Source: Macrostomum lignano (lineage: Eukaryota). From it: a DNA stretch of 32,490 nucleotides. Made by a program: the position numbers and the translations under genes. The stretch is taken from assembly GCA_002269645.1 (NCBI GenBank), contig NIVC01004881.1, positions 1 through 32,490 on the forward strand, in the 5' to 3' direction. Under the pieces are notes generated by a model. The model did no database searches and had not been told where the DNA came from. It saw only the letters and a program-made list of their open reading frames with translations. Shown here piece after piece: positions 10,955 through 22,441 of the stretch. Numbering within the stretch: position 1 is the stretch's first letter; each line of letters opens with the position of its first letter.

Positions 10955-12013
10955 TGTGCTAGGCCGGTCTACCACTGGGGTGAACGACGGCAGGCCTCCA
11001 GCGCGGACAACGGCGGGACGACCAGCTAGACTCCATCGGATGACGGTTGACGTCATGCTTTCAATGTTTGTTCCCATGTTTGTTCCCCCGGTTGTCCCCG
11101 CCCTTGCTCCTTCGTCTGCTCCTTTCGCTGTTCCCTCCCGTGGCCTCTGTTGTTTTAGTGCTTTGAAGTTTTTCCCTTTTCCTTCGTTGTCCTTTCCCTT
11201 GTCCCATCCTTTGTCCTAACCCCTGGGTTATCCTTGCAAAATTAATATTTACAACGTTGTTGTTGGAACCTTTTGCTCATGCGCTTTGCTCGCTTTGCTC
11301 TTTACTTTACTTTTGTTCTCTGACTTTTGAATACTGACTTGACGAGTCTGCTGTTAATATTTAATTTGCGTTTAACTAGAACAGCCTTCTCGACTAAGCG
11401 CTTGTAATTTATTAGCTCGCCCTCGGCACGGCCGAATCCATCTCTCGAGGTTTTTCTTTTAATAGTTAACAACAATAGTAATAACAATTTATCTATTACT
11501 TTAATAATAGCGATAATATTTAGTTCCAATAATAATAATTGCTTATTCAGTTGTTCTTAATCGAAGCCCCAGTCTCTATTGAGTCATTTGCCCGCGGGGC
11601 GTAAAATAACCAATCAGTCTCAACTCAAAGAAAGCTCTGAGACCCTTATCGTTCCGTAATACGAAATTACGGTGGTGGCAGCGCTACTTTACTACTGACA
11701 GTAACAAAACAGCATTTCGACAGTTTACGAATTTTACGGTGTCTGAGGACCCATTCTGAACGACCGGGCCGCTACAAGACCGCTCGAATACGATTACGGC
11801 TACCCTCCCCCCGGAATTGAGGACCCCGGCAGACGAAGTATCCAAGGAGAAGAATCCACACATCATTCGTGAAATTTTCCGGGTTAACGAGTGCCGAGAC
11901 AACACGGCGGAAATTCAAACGTAGAATCCGCCCCACCTCACTGGTGTCGACCAACAATTCAAACCGCCGAATTCAAACGCCGCCCAACAAATTTCTTCTC
12001 CACCCCCACCTCA
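10955..12013 (+). mobile_element. Complete solo LTR, family 1 (copy E), 1059 bp, TSD CACA
   Basis: Starts TGTGCTAGGCCGGTCTACCACTG, ends CCACCCCCACCTCA. CACA at 10951-10954 and 12014-12017. Shared core at 11580-11900. Confidence 0.9.
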
Positions 12014-12524
12014 CACAACTTTTTGTTATTGAAAAAAAGTTTGTACATGGACCAATGATCGTACAAAAAAATTTATTTTGACAATTTCTATAAGAATCTG
12101 CTACTAAAACCACAAGAAAACTTAAGTATGAGAAGAAATCAATCTATTTGTTAATCTTTGTTACGGAAGACAACGACAAAATATTTTAGAAAAAATGGAT
12201 TTTTACTAAATTTTTTATTTAAAATACGCAGTTTAATTTCTTTCGCAAAAATAAAAGAACAAGAAATCGACTAAGGAAATGTTTTTGAGCACAATATTTT
12301 GTTTCTCTGCTCTTAATCCCAAACATAATTTATCGTGTGCAAGAAATCAGTGCGAAATTATTTAGCATGCACTCGAAAGGATTTCGATCTGTTTAACTTA
12401 ATCAGTGAATTTAGAAGTCTTACGTCTTAAAAGGTTGAATTTAGAAATACAGTTTACAGTACATATCTTTTGAAAGTCAAGGTGATTCGACCAATTAAGA
12501 ATGTTAATTTTTACGTTGAAAATA

Positions 12525-12783
12525 GGGCCTTTTCATATTACCAATTCCAGAACCAGAATCGGTTCGGAATTCCAAGAAAAACAGCAGTATAACTCTTAAA
12601 CTCTGTTAATATTTGACTGCCTTAACAACCTAACTTAGCACAATTTTTCACTTTCTTCTTGGCGATGTCATTCAATAATAAAAACTTTATAGCACGTATC
12701 TCCCTCTAGTTATGGAGACAAAAAGTTATACTTCACAAATTGATTCTGGTTCTGGAACCAGAGCAAGCAATATGAAAAGGCCC
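12525..12783. mobile_element. Tourist/PIF-Harbinger-like MITE, 259 bp
   Basis: TIRs GGGCCTTTTCATATT / AATATGAAAAGGCCC, subterminal inverted TTCCAGAACCAGAATC / GATTCTGGTTCTGGAA, and 3-bp TSD ATA on both sides. Confidence 0.85.
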
Positions 12784-13105
12784 ATAGAATTCTTCATTTT
12801 TACATTGAATACAATTGAATAAAATGTAAATAGTAATAGAATAAATCAAGAACTATCCTTAAACAACAAAAAATGCACATTATAGATTTCATATCGACTA
12901 ACTACTCTTTTATAGAGGAATTTGGACACTAGTAAAATAAATATTTGATTTGCAGAAAACTATAACTTTCTTGATTTTATTTTAATTAGTTTACTTATTA
13001 TAAATTTTAATCAAATTAAATTGAAAGAATTGAAAATGATTTCAATTAATTCAATAAATTCGATTTTTTTGAAAAATTAGACAAAATTGAATATGACCGT
13101 ACAAT

Positions 13106-14329
13106 TGTGGTGATCCAGCATTGCTAGCATAGGCTGCTCCTGGGATCCCCTCTTAGCCACAGTCATTTAGTGCTTGGGCTGTAGCAGTGGGAGCTGGGCA
13201 TAGGGCCTGTGCGCTTGCAGCGCTCCCGTCCCTTCCTCCTCTTCCCTTGTGCAGGCTCAGGTGTGCAGCTGTCGCGGGACAGGGAGAGAAACTCTCTCCC
13301 CCTCTCCCCCTAGCGCAGTCTGCAATGGGCTAAAAATAGAAACATTAGTCAGTGGGATATTTCTCCCTAGTAGTCTTAGTTAGTCAGCGGGAACGAGAGC
13401 ATAGCTCTCCGCCCGGGGTAGGCTCTCGTGGGGTCTTGTTGCACTCCTTGCATGCTGCAACATGCAAGCAGTGTACCAGTAGGCCATGCGGAGGCCTCGT
13501 GATGAGGCAGATGTCTTATGGACATCTCCAAGATCGTTCCTGGCTCCGGGTAGTCCACGGAACTGCCATGGAATCTGCCACGGAACTGCCTCTGAGCTTC
13601 CCATTGGCCCTGAGACCCCCAGATTTTAGTATAAATACAGAGTAGGTGAAGGCCCAAAAGAGACCATCTCGCTCTCGATCTTCGGATCCTCGTCTTCCGA
13701 TCCTCGTTCGGAGACTGCCTGCTTGGCTTCGAGCAAGAGCTAGTATTCCTATATGCTTTTCCTAGACTAACTAGCTTAGGCAAATTCGCTAGACGCTTTT
13801 CCTAGGGATAACCAGCAAGCAAACATTTGTTGCAGCTGCCATTGCTCGTTAAGACTGCCGCAGGCCTTTTGTGTCTTCAGCTCGCCAGACCTTCAACACC
13901 GTCTGGACCTGGTCTGGTGGCCTACATCCTACGCTGTTGGGCAACATCAGCGACACCTCATAGGCTTACGGATTGTTACTGCGACACCAGTTGAGCAATT
14001 AAACGATATTTTAGGATCGGCCTGTGACCGTTATTCACATTAATAAACGTTAACTGACTTTGTCTTGTCTTATTCATTCTCTACTTAACAGTAGGCCTAC
14101 CTAGGGACAGCCTGTCAAGGATATTACCTGTAGACCTACAAGGTGGCAGCAACCCAACTACCAACTCGGTTTAATATCTGATTGTAACTTAATAGAGACT
14201 AAGGGTTCTCGGACCATAGTGATAGACCACTCAGGCCAGCTACCTGCCGTGCTAGTTGTTGAGGACAGACAGAGTGTGCTAGTAGGCAGCAGCAGTAGTC
14301 ATCAAAGAGTAGGAAGCGCAGGCATCACA
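13106..14329 (+). mobile_element. Solo LTR, family 2 (1224 bp), TSD CAAT
   Basis: TGTGGTG...CATCACA ends. CAAT at 13102-13105 and 14330-14333. TATAAA at 13630 and AATAAA at 14042. GC-richer than the flanks. Confidence 0.88.
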
Positions 14330-14717
14330 CAATATACTAAATCTCTAATAATTACTAAAAATCTACTGGCTTAACTAAAATAGTTAAATTCGTTTTATGC
14401 GAAATATTTCTCACATTGAGAAAAATGAGGTTGTGTGAGATGTAAAAATGCAAATGAGCATGCAGGAAACAGAGCAAACAAAAATAATGTAGGTAAATGT
14501 GTGAAAAAATTTCGCATAAAACGAAGAATGACACTGCACATGCACATTTAATATAAGAAGGAGACATAATGCGCACACTGAAACACCAGTAGCAATGGCG
14601 CCCAAACCTTTGATGATCAAAAGCGAGCTCTCGTCTGCCTCTCGTTGCGCCCCCAGACCCATGCAAATAATCAAACTTATGATCAAACTATACATGGTTT
14701 CCGTCCCTCGCTTTGAA

Positions 14718-14730
14718 CCCGAATAACAAT
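14718..14730 (+). repeat. CCC-type EnSpm left terminal inverted repeat
   Basis: CCCGAATAACAAT is the exact reverse complement of ATTGTTATTCGGG at 29285-29297. It is followed by ACGT/GTCTCAAA-type subterminal motifs. Flanks do not form a TSD with 29298 onward. Confidence 0.6.
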
Positions 14731-15423
14731 CGGACGCATCAGATAGGTCTCAAATACGTTTCAATAAAATCGAACGAACAGATATGTTTTTCGTGTTTAA
14801 AAGGTACTTAAAATTACTTTTTATTATGGTGCCAAACAAATTCAGTCATTTTAATACTTTAAAACAGACATTTTTTAGTATTTAAAAGCTACGTTTTTGG
14901 TAACGTCACAGTAACTTATCAAGTTGAAGTAAAAGGTACGTATTGGTGGCAGGCGGGATGCCACGGTTGAAATCTGAACTTTATAACAATAACTGCATGC
15001 GAAAATAATTTTTTAAAAAGTTCCCCATCCGCTGATTTTTTTATTTCTCTCGTCCATCGCTAGTTCTATTCCTCTTCCCGTCCATGGACTGAATTCGTCC
15101 CTTCTCTGATTTTTGCCGTCCCTGATTTTTGTAACGTCGTGTGGGTCGGTCGTATGTATGTCGTACAGACTCTCTGATTCAGATTCATATTCATATCAAT
15201 ATCAATTAGAAGCCACAGTTATGCGGATTATTCTATCCAGTATAATATGACTTTAGTTTAGTATCTTCAGTGTACATTCTTTAGTCACAAATGTTAAATC
15301 ATATTTGTGAATGAGGTAATAATAGTAATAGCTAGTTAAGCAAATTTATAAAAACAGACTAGGCCTGTAGCCCTTATCATTTTATAATTTATGCACAATA
15401 CATTTTACGGTAATCTTGAACTT

Positions 15424-16618
15424 CGTAAAGACGGTCTCTGACTGTTTTTACCCTGGTTGCCTCTCTGGTAGCTTGTCTAAGGGTTGCGCGCAATCCGATT
15501 GGCCTGGCTTCGGCTAGCCCAATAACTAAGGGTCCGCCCCGGAGGGGCTGTGCCTGTTCAAAAATATACCCTATCTTTTCTAACCAATAGAATTTCGGCC
15601 CTCGGCCTTGGTTTAAGGGGGGGTGCCCAGAGTGAGTAGGTACTCTGGACTGCAGTGTGGCTAGGACGGGACTGAGCCCCCCGGTCGTACCCGCCCTGCA
15701 GGAAAGAAAATGACCGATTCACAAAGGTGCACGGTAGGCCCAGTAGACTGCCAGCCCTGAGGCTGAGCCCCGGGTAACAGGTTGAGGGGGCCTGTGTGGT
15801 TTCAGGTGCTCCTCCAGTTATGTTTTAGTCCCATTACAGTATTGGTTTTATCAAATCCCGGCCTATGTAGCCGTCCAATCTCTCGGAGTAATGAGCTCTG
15901 TCCACTGCCCGGTCCACCCTGCTCTGTTTTTGGGTCCATCTACTGGCTCCTGCTGACGGTCCCTGCTTGCGTGTCTCTGGCTCTCATCCTGACAGTGGAT
16001 TGGTGTCCTGGGAAGGATGTTCGTCCCGTACCGGGGACAACCGGCTGAGTCTGGTGTCCTCTTGCCCCTGGTGCCTCTTCTCGACCCCTTGGCCTGCCCC
16101 CCAATAATGAGCTGGATAGGCGATGCCCTTGTGGCTTGCAGCCCTATAGGAGGGTTTTCTGGTTTACCTCTTGATAGGAGACTCGCCCTCGGATACAAGC
16201 CTCCCAGACTCGCTCCAATAGTTAGCCCTTTCCAAGACTTCTGGGTTTCCCCGCTCTTGGACGGCTCCTTTCCAAGACTTCTGGGTTTCCCCGCTCTTGG
16301 ACGGCTTAAGTAGTATATCCAATTCTGTTTTTCGCGCACTCCCGAGGACCTGTCTGCTGGGGGGGGGGGTGGCCTGGGTGGACTCGGTCTTAGCACCGTC
16401 CCTGATTCCACTGTTGGTTTGGCGGTGTCTTGTACCGTAGGTTTAGGTCCACTTCGCCTCCCGTGCTTTATGCCGGGCCCAATCTCCATCCCAATCGGGG
16501 TATATCGGGCTCTAAAAACAGCTAATGCTGTGCCCCTGGCAGTGCCTGTCGCGGCAGAGCCCTTCCATGTGGCTGATCCGCGGGTCCCCCTTAGGACCCT
16601 TTTGTTTAACAAACAAAC
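15424..16618 (+). mobile_element. Non-coding retroposed insertion (SINE-like, or 3' part of a non-LTR element), 1195 bp
   Basis: 12-bp direct repeat AATCTTGAACTT at 15412-15423 and 16619-16630. 3' hairpin GGGTCC-CCCTTA-GGACCC (16582-16599) followed by an AACAAACAAAC tail. GC-rich island in AT-rich DNA. No recognisable RT/endonuclease motifs. Confidence 0.75.
16227..16306. repeat. Perfect 40-bp tandem duplication, each unit a CCAAGA..TCTTGG hairpin
   Basis: CCTTTCCAAGACTTCTGGGTTTCCCCGCTCTTGGACGGCT x2. Confidence 0.95.
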
Positions 16619-17480
16619 AATCTTGAACTTTATAGTTCAATAAAATGCTTTAAATTTTGTGGAAAACATTTTTGCATATCCTAATATCTTTCTTCTGAAT
16701 TCCCAAATGGCAATAATTATGTGAGTTACTCAATTGGAGCTTTGCTGTTGTTACCAATCACTAATTATTTGCCGTAACCCTTCTTGTAGAGGAAGTATTG
16801 TGCTAGTCGGGCAGAAAATGCTGTCAAACTAATGCTGAAAATGCTGATATTGACAGCAAAACCTTCCGTTTTGTGCCAATACAATATGGAAGGTCGAAGA
16901 GGGGGGGGGGAAGCAAAAACTACCTGCGCCAGTGGCCGACTGTGCAATCGGTGAGTCTCTTAATTTGCGTTATTTATTTTTTAAATAAAGACGTATAGTT
17001 GTGGCAAAATCTAAAATCCAACTTTTCAGGAATCGTGCTGGACTCAAAATCACTGCGACGTCAGTTAGGATGCGTCGGTGCCCGTTCTTTTATCGGCAGC
17101 ATTCTAAAACGAATGATGCGGAAATCGAAATGTGACAGACAGATCGACGACGACGCAGACGTAGAGAGCGACTAATAACTCCCCCGGCTTGCCTGTCAGG
17201 CTTGACGTTTTATTCGCCGACGTAGTCCGACTTGGTCGGCCAATAAAACTTTTTGCTACGTCTCTTTAAAGAGAAAGAAATTGCATTGCTCAGTGAAAAT
17301 TCTCAGTTGCTAATTTTTCACTTTCGCCTTTGTTATTTGTCAACGTATCAGTTCCCCAAAACTGTCAAAAAAGTCCGACATTTCAGTCAAGCAGCCAGGT
17401 CACGTGATTGCAAAACTCAAAAGTGCAAAAAGTAAGAGCAATATGCCTGTGGTGGATTGTCATTATTAAGGTCTCATAGA

Positions 17481-17627
17481 AGTCACCTGGGACCGTCCCT
17501 GGGACGTCTCAAAATTACATATCGGATACGTATCTACAACTATCAAAAGTACTATCCCTGGGACGAGACTTTGGGAATTCAGGGGGTCGTCTCCGATACG
17601 TATCGATACGAAATTTTGCGTTACGGG
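17481..17627. mobile_element. Orphan CCC-type EnSpm terminus (copy 3)
   Basis: Subterminal repeats CCCTGGGACG x2 and GATACGTATC x2. Terminus TTTGCGTTACGGG at 17627 abuts an LTR core. No matching CCCGTAACGCAAA end found in the window. Confidence 0.6.
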
Positions 17628-17909
17628 TAACAAGCTCAGCAAATTTACGGTGTCTCATCATTTGAACGACCGCGCCGCTACACGACTGCTCCGCTACGAT
17701 TACGACTACCCTCCCCCCCAGACTAGAGAACCCGGCATTTGGAGTAAAACAGGAGAAAGGATTTCGTTGTGATTCGTCTGCGCGATTTCCGGATTATTCG
17801 TGTGAACTCAACGCCGGCGGCAATTCAAACGTGGAATTCGCCCCACTTCATTGGTGTCAGCAACTAATTTCAATCAACCCATTTCCAAGAAAACTTTCTC
17901 AACCCCTCA
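17628..17909 (+). mobile_element. 3' remnant of family-1 LTR (copy F)
   Basis: TAACAAGCTCAGCAAATTTACGGTGTC...GAACGACCGCGCCGCTACACGAC...GTCTGCGCGATTTCCGG matches copies B/C. Ends TTCTCAACCCCTCA, followed by CGTG. Confidence 0.85.
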
Positions 17910-18974
17910 CGTGTCTTCAAATAAGGTTAAATAATAAATTGATTGAAAAGATAGTTTATCATAACAACAGGTGACAAGTCTTAAAAAATTCTTTTTCTCG
18001 ACACAAAAAATAGTGAAGGTATGAGAGTTAAGAAATAATTAATTTCCTAGATTCTCTGTTTTTTCTTAAAGCTAAAATTCCAACAAAAATGATTTGTTAA
18101 CATGCGTGTTACATGTTTCTCACTTCTTTTTGAATTGTTACACTACTTACAGAAATTAAGCATGTGTTCAACAGATTTTAAATAATGGTTGCTCATTGTC
18201 CATTGATCATCTGCATTTCTTTTATTTGTTTGCATAATTTAATTTTAGATAAAAGCAAGTGACAATATATTTTTACTTTTAGTCTCAATTATAGAATCAA
18301 AAGACAGCAGTGAGCTTGAGTGAGCACGAAATTTAGGTATACTAAATAAAGAATGTCAACTCACCTTTCCAGCACGGCAGCAAATGCTAGCTGGCTCGTC
18401 CTTCCAGCGTAGCGCCCTTCAGTGCGGACATTGGCGGTCCATGCGACCGAGCACATGTGGCTGGTGTGCCAGATCCAGCAGCCTGTGGCAATGAAAAAAG
18501 AGCATTTTTATCAGGACTTATCCTTGAAAATCCAGATCTACATGCAGAAAGTTTAATAGTCTCCAAGAATGAGCAGCCGCACATAAGGTGACCGGAAATT
18601 TCGTCAAATACCCTTTTAAATAGTCATGTTTGTCATTTCGTCAAAAAGTGTGGTAAAGAGAATAGAGATGTGTGCATGGAAGGTAGGTATAATGGTTTTT
18701 TAAAGTGAAGTGTTTCTAAGAAAAACATTTTAATTTTAAAAAAACTTCTTTCAAAGCAAACCCATTCTTCTTTTCTTAGAAACCCATCGCTTAAGCAAAT
18801 AGTTGTAAAGTCCATCTTAAATATATTTATCCTAACTTAGCAGGACATTATATTACTTAATGAGAAAATTTTTTAAACTTAAATTTAAAACAGAAATGGG
18901 CTCTGTTTTATCTACCATTTGACGAAATGACGAAATGTCTGTTTGAATAGCAGAATAAAATATAAGAACCCCTT

Positions 18975-19247
18975 TTAGCTATCTCCACGCCAATCTACCT
19001 GTGCGTGTAGACGGCCTTCGCAGTCGTCAGCAGACTCAGCCGCGCGATGCTGACTCTGGCGCTGCCGCTGCGCCTCCAGGCGATGCAGATGGACCGCCTC
19101 GTCCTCGGCTTCACGGCATTCAGCTGTGCGCAGTCGATTTGCTTCAAGACGATGATGGCGCTCGTCGGGTGTCTCCGACGCCCTGCGCTTCTTGGCTGCC
19201 GATGCAGCGCGTGTAGAACGGGAAATATTTCCGCGTTTCGGTGGCAT
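18975..19247 (-). pseudogene. N-terminal fragment resembling Helitron Rep/helicase proteins
   Basis: MPPKRGNISRSTRAASAAKKRRASETPDERHHRLEANRLRTAECREAE...RLEAQRQRQSQHRAAE: an MPxKR start plus E/R-rich helical repeats typical of animal Helitron N-termini. No Rep or helicase motifs and no termini found. Confidence 0.5.
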
Positions 19248-21193
19248 TTTAAGCAAATAGTAAATATAAAAAATGAGCAAACAGAAGAAAATTGCAAAAT
19301 CGGCAGATCAGATTGGAGATCACAATCGATTATGATTTGGAGAGAAATAAACCTGAATTGAAAATTCGCCTCCTTAAGAAGGACCCAGCGTACAAGATTT
19401 TTCGTCTGTAAAAATCAATAAAAAAGAGCCTTTAGCCCCGACCAGTCTGTCCGCCCAGCCAATGCAGGGGCTGACTAAAGGCGCCGATAATAAAACCAAT
19501 TGAATCTCGGCACAGTCCTAGCTATCTGCTTACATTGTACAACTGTTATGTACACACAGCCTAAGCCCAACCCCTGTTTCCGAGGGGATCATTAAATTTA
19601 ACTGCTCCCCAAACACGCGAGGGTTTTATTTGCGTTGAACGCAGAACACGCGCACTCCCCCTCCCCCAATACACAGCGACCCGCGGGCCACATGACCCCC
19701 GAAATTGCGAAGAAATTATTAATCTTATAATTTTATTACGGTTTCGTACATGAAATGCAATTTTCGTAAGGCAATTTCATAAAATTACAATTTCGTTTTA
19801 TACGAAGATTGCAATTCCTGTAATTCTCAATTTTTAAGATACTACTTGTTTGAGTAGAGGGAATAGAATTTTTAAATTACAAATCTTGCACTTCTGCTGC
19901 ACACTGCAATTACAATTTATGTAATCTGCATGGGAACTGTTATTTAATGCCACTTACGTATTTATTCATTGAGTTGTTTGATCAGACTGAAATGAAACTT
20001 ACATGTAATATTATGAACATAAGAAAACAAAAAGGACGTAGCGCTATTCACTGAAATATGACTTTGTTTTTTAAGAATCATGTTATAAACCCAATTTATG
20101 ACTTAAAATACTTATATTAGAAAAACTGTGCACCAAATTATACTTAAAATGAAGTAAATGAATACTTAAACTATGAAGTATAAAAAACTATATTTTGTGA
20201 TTTTATTACTGTTTTATAATTTTTTTTGACGAAACTAGTATTAATTTTTGTTTATCTCAACACAATTATCCGAATATTCTAATTGCATTCTGCATCTTCT
20301 CTTGTGCAGTATAAACATATTACCTTAGGCTTTATAGCCTAAAAAGTCCAGGTTTCATGCCTTCTAGTCTTATTCTGCAACTGGAAAATTCTCTAACCAT
20401 AATTTTCAATCAAAATTGTTTATGCCTATCTGTGCTTATGCCTATGATTTTGTAATTTAATTCAGATTTACATTCATACTAATATAGCATAGGTAGGGCC
20501 TAAATGGATTAAAAATCATTCAGCCATTATTTTGGTTTCAGTGAGAAAACTTAATATATAATAGCCTATGGGGCAAATATTTTCATTAAGCTATTAGTTA
20601 TAGCCATGGCTAATTCAAGGAAATGGGCTTTGCTTGCTTGCCGTGCAAAGCCTTTGCTTTGACCTTTCTAATTCTAGGCTAATATATAATGATTGTTGTG
20701 ATACCACTGATACAGTTGGCCTATGTGCCATAGTTTGGAAGGCGAAATGTACAACAGGATTTTCCAGTGTACAAAAAGGGTAGCTAGGGGTGTAAGACCA
20801 AGATGGCCACACACCAAGATGGCCACAGCTGGGGTGGGGGTCACGGAAAATGACAGCTGGTTTACTATTGGATAGCTTCGGGTGGGGAGATGTGGGTTGC
20901 AATGGGGGGGGGGTTTAGACAGGCAGTCAAAATTTTATTAGTATATTGCAGGGCTAAAACAAAAATGGTTACGAGTCTTAATTTCCTACTTATAGTAGGC
21001 CCCTAAGAGGTGTAAACATATTTCGTATTAAACAAATCTCTTCTTCATATAAAATCTGGTGTAGCTTTTTCCATTTCTCTTATTGGTCGAGACTAATTTA
21101 TTGTTTAAAGGATAAAAACTGGGTAAATTTCATGCCCTGTTCAAAATTCATCTGTCTCATTCACTGACAGCACTCTAAGCACTTAGATACAGA

Positions 21194-22212
21194 ATGGCAG
21201 GCGCATATCCATGTGTAGTCTGTCTGCAGCCAGTTTGCGAAGGACAAGAAGCAATTGAGTGTTCTCAATGCTTGAATTGGCAGCACCGTGCATGCGATAG
21301 TTGCGTCACAATCGATGAGTATTCTGCAATGAGAAATGTCGGTGAGTTTTTTTGGCTTTGCAATCAATGCAATAGACGGGCTCCTGCAGGTAACTTAGCA
21401 GTGTCTCAAGCTGCAGATGCTGCAGAGGTACATGTACAAGCCCCGAATTCTGGACCAGCGGCTGTTCCTCTGCCTGCTGAAAATCCAGAACCAGTGCATT
21501 TGATTCCGGCACAAGCAGAAAATTTTCTTTACCAGTATCCAGATTTCAATGACCCTGATCCAGCTCTGGAAGAATCCATTCAAATTCCTCCAGCAGAGCT
21601 TGCACCACCTCGCAGCCCACCTCCCCAGCCCTTTGAGATTCTTACAGGTGCAGGATGCAGTCCGGAAAAGACCTTCTAGTGTAGTATGTCCAACGAGACC
21701 TTGGCCATCTGATGGATGAAAAAACGCGGCGAAATGGCAACACATACTATCGCTGCACTAAGCGTTTATCACTGCACTGTCATGGCTCCGCAGTCCGCCG
21801 TGCTGATGGAACCATAGAATCCCTTGCTCCGCACACGTGCGATCCAGTTGATCGGCCAGCTCAGAAGAGAAAGGCAGCAAAGGAGGTAAAGGAGGGAGCA
21901 AAGCGCATGTTGTTTACCTCTGCTAGAATTATCGCGGAGGAGAAGGTAAGAGAATTTTCACCTGAAGTGCAGGAGGTGCTTAGTATTGAGTCATTGAGTC
22001 GCAATGCAAATACAGACGCAAAAAAGATCGCCCTATGGAACCTGTTGACGTACATTTCCAAGTTGATCCTAGACATGTACCTGCCCAGTTTCATTTGCAG
22101 GATGTGACAGTTCCTGAGACAAACGGGCGACACTTCGTCTTCATGACGACAACTCAGCGAAAACTATTATCAACCCGACGAATCTTGAAGTGCGACGGAA
22201 CGACGCTCAAAT
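21194..22212 (+). pseudogene. Mutator-like (MULE) transposase remnant with PHD finger and FLYWCH zinc finger
   Basis: C4HC3 pattern CVVC..CSQCLNWQHRAC..WLCNQC; FLYWCH-like GKDLLV..NGNTYYRCTKR..HCHG..H; then RHFVFMTTTQRKLL...KCDGT (first catalytic D at 22194). Contains stops and frameshifts and is truncated after DGT. Confidence 0.8.
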
Positions 22213-22441
22213 TTGGGATGGGGGGGGTTCATTGCGTCGCACTTACAGAGCAAGCAGCCTTTACTTGGGCTAGTCACTGCATGTATGTGTGACTTAGTGC
22301 ACTTCTGCCTCCGTATTTCATCATCACCTCACCATCCCCATCATTATGCATGATATTATATTATATCGTGAATGGGTGGCAACTGATGCAGCTTTTTTAG
22401 TTTTTTATTTCCACTTCTATTCAGTTCACATACGAGCCGTA

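Noticed and set aside
6742-11749. Hammerhead ribozyme cores (CTGAGGA at 6742, 7669, 11743; CTGACGA on minus near 5358)
   Set aside because: I could not find a stem II followed by GAAA and a matching NUH cleavage site for any of them.
15863-16612. 249-aa minus-strand ORF
   Set aside because: No recognisable motif; a GC-rich shadow ORF running across the tandem duplication of the retroposon.
18632-18931. MITE defined by the 14-bp inverted repeat GTCATTTCGTCAAA / TTTGACGAAATGAC
   Set aside because: No TSD or clear termini, and the motif recurs nearby; at most a decayed remnant.
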